In this document: piece by piece, positions 1 through 6,948 of the stretch
How positions within the stretch are numbered: position 1 is the first letter of the stretch
How the letters are laid out: every line of letters begins with the position of its first letter
Origin: Octopus sinensis
Lineage: Eukaryota
Assembly: GCF_006345805.1 (NCBI RefSeq)
Contig: NW_021829057.1
Coordinates: 1 to 6,948 of the forward strand
Direction: 5' to 3'
DNA length: 6,948 bases
Position numbers and translations under genes: made by a program
The notes under the pieces: model-generated
Databases searched by the model: none
The model's input: the letters and a program-made list of their open reading frames with translations, nothing else
What the model was told of the DNA's origin: nothing

Positions 1-107
1 AGAGAGTGAGAGTGAGAGAGAGTTTGAGAAGAGAGAGAGTGAGAGAGAGAGAAAGGAGAGAGAGAGAGAGAGAGAGAGAGACGAGAGAGAGAGAGGCAAA
101 GAGAGAG
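1..107. repeat. (GA)n microsatellite, runs off the window start
   Basis: Near-pure AG dinucleotide run with a few GT/other interruptions. Confidence 0.97.
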
Positions 108-292
108 CTGATCATTGTTTTTTTGAGCTGATCATTGTGATTTTAGATCATAAGCGAGAATTTTGTATCCACCATGAACCCCATAAACCCCAATCAAATT
201 TCCTTTAGATATTAAAATATGTCAAGCATATTTGAATTAGCGTAAAGTTTGTTCAAAACTTAAGTAGGTTTCAGCTATTATTGGATCAATTC

Positions 293-404
293 AAGGCAGC
301 GAGCCGACAGAATCGTTAACACACTGGACGAAACTCTTAGCAGTATTTTGCCCGTCGTTAATTTCTCAGTTCAAATTCCGCCGAAGTCGAATTTGTGACA
401 TTCT
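293..404 (+). mobile_element. tRNA-derived SINE, head only (3' part missing); same family as 1547-1761
   Basis: 295-395 aligns without gaps to the reverse complement of 1661-1761 at about 76/101 (hand count). B-box-like AGTTCAAATTCC at 368-379. Similarity is lost after about 400. Confidence 0.85.
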
Positions 405-1060
405 TAGTGGTTAATATCTTGCATCGATTAACTAAAATTTTACTATGTGCGCCTACACGCGCACACACACAGACGTTAGGTGAATAGGTTATAGAGTTCG
501 TCTTGGTTTCGTTTTAGGACAATCCGATCAAACTTCCTTATTTTTCGAAGTACTGTGTATGGAAAGTATTTAGGAGTTTTAAAAAATATTCAGTTCTTCA
601 GTGTTCGATCCTACTGAGACATATTGGTCCAGGTCAACTCCTGCTGTGAGAGTTAAATTTAGTGGAAAGGCTATGCGCCAAAACCCTGTTTCAGGTTGAC
701 TGAGTCTGCAATTATTTGAGCCAGACTAATCACAGACTCTTTAGTCAGGTAGAATATGAGTGGAGGCTCCTTCAAGTCCCATTGAAACACAATAGCATGA
801 ACAATTTCAGTTGATCAAGAAAATTAAGGTGTCGTTCTTGAAAATCCCCAATGCTCTGAAATTTGACAATATAGATTATAATTGTAGATTTTGCACAGCA
901 AGCGTCTGTTGTTTCTATAAAGCTTCAGTTGATGTATGTCCTGCAATTTGAATGTCTATGTAGGATTCGATACGTTTTCTGTATGAGCATGTCTGTGATA
1001 GTGTTCTGTTCAAGATTATAGTGAGGTTTTCGATAATTTCAGCTTGCCTATAATTGAGAT

Positions 1061-1381
1061 GTGGAGGCGCAATGGCCCAGTGGTTAGGGCAGCGGACTCA
1101 TGGATGGAGAATCGCGGTTTCGATTCCCAGACCGGGCGTCGTGTGTGTTTATTGAGCGAAAACACCTAAAGTTCCACGAGGCTCCGACAGCGGCTGGTGG
1201 TGACCCCTGTTGTACTCTTTCGCCCCAACTTTTCCTCACTCTTTCTTCCTGTTTCTTAAGTAACGCTGCAATGGCCTGGCGTCCTATCCAGCTGGGGGGA
1301 ACACATACGCCACAGAAACCGCAAATTAGACCCATGAACCTGGCTAGGCTTGAAAAGGGTGCATAAAAAAAAACATAAAAA
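1061..1381 (+). mobile_element. Full-length tRNA-derived SINE with A-rich tail and perfect 12-bp TSD
   Basis: Pol III A box TGGCCCAGTGG at 1073-1083; B-box-like GGTTTCGATTCC at 1116-1127; tail CATAAAAAAAAACATAAAAA at 1362-1381; TATAATTGAGAT at both 1049-1060 and 1382-1393. Confidence 0.93.
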
Positions 1382-1546
1382 TATAATTGAGATACTAACA
1401 ATTTTTACGTGTGCAATGCCTATCATACATCAACTAAGAGTCGTACAACGCTTGTATTTATTCTAATTGAATACGTTCACCGTCACTGAACATGAGTGTT
1501 GGTATTGGCAAGAAGCACGTGTGCATATCAGTATATTTGTCATAAT

Positions 1547-1761
1547 CCTTTCTATTATAGGCACAAGGCCTGAAATTTTGGGGGAGAGTGCCAGTCGATT
1601 TGATCGACCCCAGTAGTGCGCAACTGGTACTTAATTTATCGACCCAAAAAGGACGAAAGGCAAAGTCGACCTCGGCAGAATTTGAACTCAGAACATAGCG
1701 ACAGGCGAAATACCGTTAAGCACTTCGTCCGACGCGCTAACGGTTCTGGCATCTCGCCGTC
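1547..1761 (-). mobile_element. Full-length tRNA-derived SINE (octopus-type) with 14-bp TSD
   Basis: On the minus strand: A-box-like TGCCAGAACCG (1741-1751) and B-box-like AGTTCAAATTC (1678-1688). Flanks are ATATTTGTCATAAT (1533-1546) and ATATCTGTCATAAT (1762-1775), 13/14 identical. Homologous to 293-404. Confidence 0.9.
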
Positions 1762-1924
1762 ATATCTGTCATAATACAACCTCAAGATCCAGCCATCGGT
1801 TCATGCGTTTGTTAATTGTTTTACGTAGCTATATAGTCACGTGCAGATGTAGGCATCCTCTCGGTTATCCTGCCCCTGACCTAGCGAAATATTAAGTATG
1901 ACAATTTGAGGCAGGGATGACTAC

Positions 1925-1987
1925 ATCAATATCCCATTTCTACGTGAAATGAATTAACTTGCTCAAGAAAGCAATGCACCATCCGGT
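1925..1987 (-). mobile_element. Decayed SINE fragment (CORE-like segment)
   Basis: The minus strand reads ...GCTTTCTTGAGCAAGTTAATTCATTTCAC, resembling the CCTTGAGCAAG CORE-type SINE motif and the octopus SINE body as I recall it. Boundaries are uncertain. Confidence 0.4.
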
Positions 1988-1988
1988 T

Positions 1989-2125
1989 GAAGCTTGCTGC
2001 CCAACCACTTGGTTCCGGGTCCAGTCCCACTGTGTGGCACCATGGGCGAGTGTCTTCTATAGTCTTGGGCCGACCAAAGCCTTGTGAGTGGATTTGGTTG
2101 ACGGAACTGAAATAAGCCTGTCCTG
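1989..2125 (+). mobile_element. 5' half (A box missing) of an octopus-type tRNA/CORE-like SINE that normally has an internal microsatellite
   Basis: B-box-like GGGTCCAGTCC at 2017-2027 and CORE-like GGCACCATGGGCGAGTGTCTT at 2036-2056. Body CCGACCAAAGCCTTGTGAGTGGATTTGG runs straight into (TA)n, matching the family architecture as recalled. Confidence 0.8.
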
Positions 2126-2136
2126 TATATATATAT

Positions 2137-2171
<35 letters not shown>

Positions 2172-2193
2172 GGGTGTGTGCGTGCGTGCGTGC

Positions 2194-2254
<61 letters not shown>

Positions 2255-2332
2255 TAATATATATATATGTATATATGTATATATGTATATATAATAATAT
2301 TATATAATTATATATATTATATATATATTATA
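2126..2332. repeat. Compound microsatellite (TA)n-(GT)n-(CGTG)n-(TA)n
   Basis: Seen directly in the sequence. Confidence 0.97.
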
Positions 2333-2339
2333 AATTCAT

Positions 2340-2556
2340 CAAAACAAAAACATGATGCAAAGGATTTAGCGGTACATATGTTTCTGGCTTTTATTAGGAC
2401 GGTTTATATCAATGCATAATTGATGTAATATGTATGTCAATAGCCTTCTTCAGCCGCGTACAATTACTACTCCAAGGACATGTATTACATTATAAGTTTG
2501 GGAAAAAGACGATTTACGTTGAGTGTACAACAGAGCGAGGCACCAAAACAAAAACA
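2340..2556 (-). mobile_element. ~200 bp ribozyme-bearing unit (Penelope-like pLTR fragment or retrozyme-like monomer) bounded by 13-bp direct repeats
   Basis: CAAAACAAAAACA at 2340-2352 and 2544-2556 (204 bp period) encloses the hammerhead motif. The element may extend beyond the repeats. Confidence 0.55.
2369..2457 (-). ncRNA. Type I hammerhead ribozyme motif (minimal, palindromic stem III)
   Basis: Minus strand: GCGG-CUGAAGA-A-GGCU-[52 nt]-AGCC-A-GAAAC-AUAU-GUA/CCGC. Stem I GCGG/CCGC, stem II GGCU/AGCC, core boxes CUGAnGA and GAAA, stem III palindrome ACAUAUGU, GUA triplet. Predicted cut between 2373 and 2372. Confidence 0.75.
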
Positions 2557-2684
2557 AGCGTCCATCCCATTTTCATTCGATGTTGAATGAGGAGATTGGA
2601 TGTTGAGATAGAGAGGGAAGGGGTTGGGGGTGAATCTTTAATGAGTTAGGGATCACAAAGAGGGAGAGTAGTAGGTGCAAAATG

Positions 2685-2788
2685 TAGTAAAAGAGTAAAA
2701 AATTAAAAAAAGAGTAAAAATCAAAAAGTATAAAAAATATAAGAATATAAAAAAAGTATATAAATATATAAATATATAAATATATATA

Positions 2789-2824
<36 letters not shown>

Positions 2825-2837
2825 TGTATGTATGTAT
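2685..2837. repeat. A-rich low-complexity tract grading into (TA)n and (TATG)10
   Basis: AGTAAAA/AATATA-like units, then (TA)n, then TATG x10 at 2795-2834. Confidence 0.9.
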
Positions 2838-2845
2838 TTGTAAAT

Positions 2846-3041
2846 CTGTGTTTGTCCTCCCATCATCACTTGACAACCGATGTTGGTGAGTTTACATCCC
2901 GGAAGTTAGCAGTTCGATGAAGTAACCGATAGAGTAAGTACTAGGCTTACAAAGAATAAGTCGATTTGTTTTTATTAGAGGCAGTGCTCCACCATGGATG
3001 CAGTCAAAATGACTGAAACGATTAAAAGAATAAAAGAATAA
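2846..3041 (+). mobile_element. 3' half of the same SINE family as 1989-2125, ending in a (TAAAAGAA)n tail
   Basis: TGTGTTTGTCC...CTTGACAACCGATG...AAGTACTAGGCTTACAAAGAATAAGTC...GGCAGTGCTCCACCATGG...GACTGAAAC, then TAAAAGAATAAAAGAATAA. In the recalled family consensus this follows the internal microsatellite. Confidence 0.8.
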
Positions 3042-3478
3042 CTAGGCTACACTCTTCAACAATTAGAATTTCCAATCTCAAATATTCTATATAAAATTTG
3101 GATGATACGCTGTAAGTTGTTACAAGAGCTTATTAATTAGACAATATCCACTTCCGTGTTTCGTTGCTGTCCTTTTGTCTTAATTCTTTCCTTCTTACAT
3201 CTTAGTTTTAATTTTAGGTGGAAAGTTTTGTATTAATTTTCAGTTTTAATTCTTGACTTTAAATATTTTTTATTCTTAATTCTTCATTATTGTTCTTAAT
3301 TCTTAATTAAGGTCAATTCTTTATTTGGCTTTATCTCTTTGGTTTAAGGTCCGAATTCTGGCGTCTTAGTTTTCAATCCTAACTTTCTGCTCCAAATTTC
3401 TTGGATTTAAATCTTTGCCTTACTTGCCGCTATTCATTCTTTCTCTCTCACTCCCGAGACATAAACACACATTATATG

Positions 3479-3570
3479 CACACACACACACACACACACA
3501 CACTCATATATATATATATATATAATATATATGTACGTACAGACAGACACACAAACACACACACACACAT
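3479..3570. repeat. Compound (CA)n-(TA)n-(CA)n microsatellite
   Basis: Seen directly in the sequence. Confidence 0.95.
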
Positions 3571-3586
3571 AATTATAAGTGTTACA

Positions 3587-3972
3587 TATGTGATATACAT
3601 ATGGAAGGCATTGACTCCAACTTTGGGAATAAAAACTATAGCAACCACCGAAGTGGACGGCACTGCATAGTACCAAGCATCTTGTATTCTCCATCTAAAT
3701 TAAAGATGCAGTTCGGTAACAGCCTGGGCTTCAAGAGTCCTCAACATTCTGCCAAATAGCGTCAGCGATCTTCAAGGAATAGATGTTGAGTTTTTCAAAG
3801 AGCGTGTGGGCAAATTTTTATCTGAGGTAGCAGATGAACCCACTTCGCGCCAGGAGGCACAGGAGCACCGCCGTCCCAACTCTCAACTTCACTAAAAGCA
3901 GTGGTGCAGGAAATAATTCCAATCCCATAGAAAGGCAGTGCCCCAGCGTGGGCTCAGCCTCATGCCTGTAAA
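3587..3972 (+). pseudogene. 5'-truncated, frameshifted CR1/L2-clade LINE remnant: ORF2 C-terminus plus short 3' UTR
   Basis: Three frame-shifted pieces join up: YVIYIWK (3587-3607); NFGNKNYSNHRSGRHCIVPSILYSPSKLKMQFGNSLGFKSP (3619-3741); NILPNSVSDLQGIDVEFFKERVGKFLSEVADEPTSRQEAQEHRRPNSQLH* (3743-3895). This fits the post-RT C-terminal pattern of CR1/L2 ORF2 (I-Y-x-W-K ... G-P-x-L-F-N-x-L-P ... F-K-x-x-L-D-x-F-L ... P-D-E-P). Confidence 0.85.
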
Positions 3973-3976
3973 ATAT

Positions 3977-4493
3977 CATATACATACATACATACATACA
4001 TACATACATACATACATAATACGTACTACACGTACGTACATACATACTACATATATACATACATGCATGCATGCATACTACATACATGCATACATACATA
4101 CATACATACATACATACATACATACATACGTACATACATACATACATAATGCATACATACATACATACATACATACATACATGCAGACTACATACATGCA
4201 TACATCATACATACATATATACATACATACATACATACGTACATACTACATACATACATACATACATACATACTTCTACAACATACATGCCATACATACT
4301 ACATATTACATACATACATACATCCATACGTACATACAACATACATGCATACATACATACATGCATACATACATACATACATACATACATACATACATAC
4401 ATACATACATGCATACATACATACATACATACATACATACATGCATACATACATACATACATACATACATACATACATGCATACATACATGCA

Positions 4494-4527
<34 letters not shown>

Positions 4528-5378
4528 CATACATGCATACATACATACATACTACATATACATACATACATGCATACTACATACATACATACATACATAC
4601 ATACATACATACATGCATACATACATACATACATACATACATGCATCACACATGCATACATACATACATGCATATATACTACTACATACATCATACATAA
4701 TACATACATACATACATACATGCATACAGCCTGCATACATACATACCTACATACATACATGCATACATACCTGCATACATACATACATACATGCATACAT
4801 ACATGCATACATACATACATACATACATACATGCATACATGCATACATACATACATACATACATACATGCATACATACATGCATTCATACATACATACAT
4901 GCATACATACATACATACATGCATACATACATACATACATACATACTACATGCATACATACATACATACATACATACATACATACATACATGCATACATA
5001 CATACATACATACATACATGCATACATACATACATGCATACATACATACATGCATACATACATACATACATACATACATGCATACATACATACATACATA
5101 CATGCATACATACATACATACATACATACATACATACATACATACATGCATACATACATACATACATACATACATGCATACATACATACATGCATACATA
5201 CATACATACATACATACATACATACACACATACATACATACATGCATACATACATACATACATACATACATGCATACATACATACATACATACATACACA
5301 CATACATACATACATGCATACGTACATACATACATACATACATATATACATACATATATACATACAAGCATACATACA
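3977..5378. repeat. ~1.4 kb (CATA)n tetranucleotide array, about 350 units, with CATG/CACA/CGTA variant units
   Basis: Seen directly. It accounts for all the HTYI and MYVC ORFs in the track. Confidence 0.98.
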
Positions 5379-5441
5379 AAAAGCAGCAACCATAAAAAGG
5401 GTGTTGAAGGTGGCTCTGGTGTAGGTGCTATTGTGATTGGC

Positions 5442-5669
5442 GTTGTTTTGTTGTTATTGTGTCTGTCGTTTAACCCAAGGTCAATCTTAGTCGAGTAGAC
5501 CTATGATTAAATTTGTCTCAACTATGACCGTCTCCTTTTGTTCTTGTTTTTTCTAGGGTATCTTTGAGTATAATATTTGTCATTCTGTTATTTACAACAC
5601 TTGCACCTGATTTGATGGAGATTTGACTTCGATTTCTAGCAGGTCAAAGAACCATGTAGAGGCTCCTTC
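5442..5669 (-). mobile_element. Decayed short retroposon with (AAC)n-type tail
   Basis: The minus strand reads GGAGCCTCTACATGG...GACCTGCTAGAAAT...CATAGGTCTACTCGACTAAGATTGACCTTGGGTTAAAC and ends in an ACAACAAAACAAC-like tail. It resembles an abundant octopus repeat as I recall it, and shares TGCTAGAAAT with 6235-6244. Confidence 0.6.
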
Positions 5670-5675
5670 GACAGC

Positions 5676-5710
5676 TTGTTGTTATTGCCGTTGTTGTTAT
5701 TGTTGTTTGT
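5676..5710. repeat. Degenerate (TTG)n microsatellite
   Basis: TTGTTGTTATTGCCGTTGTTGTTATTGTTGTTTG. Confidence 0.85.
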
Positions 5711-5870
5711 GGTAACGGTGGCGGAGATGTAATTAACAGCAGTTGCTGTACGCGTCCATTCATAAAATTAATTTGCATAATTTTACATGACGTCTACGTG
5801 AAAGATTTCAACATGAGTGATATTTCAGCACAGCTGTCTAATTTGGGTGCTGTGCTGGTTAGAATCGTGG

Positions 5871-5920
5871 GGAGAGACAGAGAGAGAGAGAGACGAAGAG
5901 AGAGATGGGGACAGAGAGAG
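5871..5920. repeat. Interrupted (GA)n tract
   Basis: Seen directly in the sequence. Confidence 0.85.
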
Positions 5921-6219
5921 TAGGTGCGGTAGTAGAGGTATAAAAAATATTGCTGTGTTGAAGTGACGAAACATAAAGATGAAAAATAGAAACAAACAAC
6001 AATGAAAGTGTGTTGAAGTGTGAGAAAAGGATACAAATGATGATGTGGTGGTGAGGGCGGTGGGGAGGTAGAAGTGCAAGAAAGATTTATTTTTGATTAG
6101 TGATACCATGTCTTACCGAAAACTACGTCTTTGGGAGTAGCTTCTGTCACATTCTTCTCCAGTTGTTCTTTTAACTGACGGTCTGTTAGGCCGAGACAAG
6201 AAGGATATAAATGTGTATA

Positions 6220-6295
6220 AGGAGTTATTCAGTTTGCTAGAAATAGCCCTCAGACTCACCCTAAAGTTACATCCTACTTTTAAAAAGAAAGAATG
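6220..6295 (+). mobile_element. Short fragment probably of the same repeat family as 5442-5669, in the opposite orientation
   Basis: TGCTAGAAAT (6235-6244) is the reverse complement of ATTTCTAGCA (5632-5641). The downstream CTCACCCTAAAGTTACATCCTAC fits the recalled family continuation. The match is short. Confidence 0.4.
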
Positions 6296-6583
6296 ATTCA
6301 TTGAACCATGTAGTCATGAGATCACCATGCTTGTGAAATATATGAACAAGCTGAGGTCATGAGTTAAATGTGGATAGGAGTCCATCTTGATAAGTGGAGT
6401 AACCTGAAACTAGAATTAAAATGGCCATTTAAGGGGACGTTATTGTGTCAATACAAGAATTTCTCTTTTTATGTCAGCTTCTGAAGATTTCCGTGCAAGT
6501 ATGAGGTGTCAACTGTCTTAAGTAACCATCAGAGTTTAAAGTGTTGTTTAAGAAAGGTAAATGCATGGATAAAAGGAGAGAGG

Positions 6584-6916
6584 AATGAATGGTTCGTCGG
6601 TGATTTCAGCGATAAGAATAAAGTTGTTCGATAACTGAATTACCTGCTTTTGTTATCATAGCATTCAACACACACGCGTAATCATAACCATAACGCGATT
6701 CTTTGGCAGAATCAGCGTGACATAGCGTGACAAGACTATAACTTCGAATAACTGATACAATCAACCCAATGGAATTCTGCACAGTTTCCGACAACCTATT
6801 TCGCTTCGGATGTATGGACTATAGACAATGACATACGGGCAAAAGGTCACGTTGTAGGAACAAATCTAAAACTTGTGGTTGCGACATGAACATCGCAAAC
6901 ATTCGGCTATACGGCC
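6584..6916 (-). mobile_element. Old, decayed tRNA-derived SINE
   Basis: Minus strand: A-box-like TAGCCGAATGT (6899-6909). Body CTTGTCACGCTATGTCACGCTGATTCTGCCAAAGAATCGCGTTATGG resembles a common octopus SINE 3' half as recalled. It ends ACCGACGAACCATTCATTC. The ~330 bp length fits a SINE. Confidence 0.5.
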
Positions 6917-6948
6917 ATAAGAATACTAGACAGTAAAAGCATTCGCTA

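Noticed and set aside
595-601. Other CTGAAGA motifs (minus strand 595-601; plus strand 6481-6487)
   Set aside because: There is no correctly placed stem II, GAAAC, GUH or stem I, so these are not hammerheads.
600-1020. Possible decayed RT or GIY-YIG coding on the minus strand (fragments such as SVNLKQGF and AKSTIIIYIV)
   Set aside because: Only vague resemblance, many stops and no convincing motif. BLASTX would be needed to decide.
1062-1135. Possible tRNA gene
   Set aside because: A and B boxes are present, but no full cloverleaf can be built. The sequence continues into a SINE body, tail and TSD.
1084-1401. 105 aa and 88 aa ORFs
   Set aside because: They lie essentially within a SINE with Pol III boxes and TSD, and show no protein family signal.
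1867-1920. Imperfect inverted repeat ATCCTGCC ... GGCAGGGAT
   Set aside because: Short, bulged stem with no ribozyme core or terminator-like features; compatible with chance.
2615-2651. G-quadruplex candidate GGG-AA-GGGG-TT-GGGGG...GGG
   Set aside because: The fourth G-tract is 18 nt away, making a weak, non-canonical motif with no functional context.
3818-5498. Long ORFs up to 485 aa (HTYI / MYVC repeats)
   Set aside because: (CATA)n and (TATG)n lack stop codons in most frames, so these ORFs are pure repeat artefacts.
5794-6794. Short minus-strand ORFs (62-94 aa)
   Set aside because: Low-complexity or SINE-derived, with no recognisable domains or coherent exon structure.
1-6948. CRISPR array, operon or prokaryotic system
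   Set aside because: No repeat-spacer array and no gene-dense coding. The window is eukaryotic repeat DNA.

Overview
This is not prokaryotic DNA. It is a repeat-dense, gene-free eukaryotic intergenic or intronic window. The SINE families resemble those I recall from octopus (coleoid cephalopod) genomes; this is recognition from memory, not a database search. It contains at least four families of tRNA-derived SINEs (two copies with clear target-site duplications), a frameshifted 3' remnant of a CR1/L2-type LINE ORF2, many microsatellites and a ~1.4 kb (CATA)n array. All long ORFs in the supplied track are artefacts of repeats. The most interesting feature is a minus-strand type I hammerhead ribozyme motif (2369-2457) with the palindromic minimal stem III typical of Penelope-like elements and metazoan retrozymes. 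It lies in a ~200 bp unit bounded by 13-bp direct repeats, between the two halves of a SINE.
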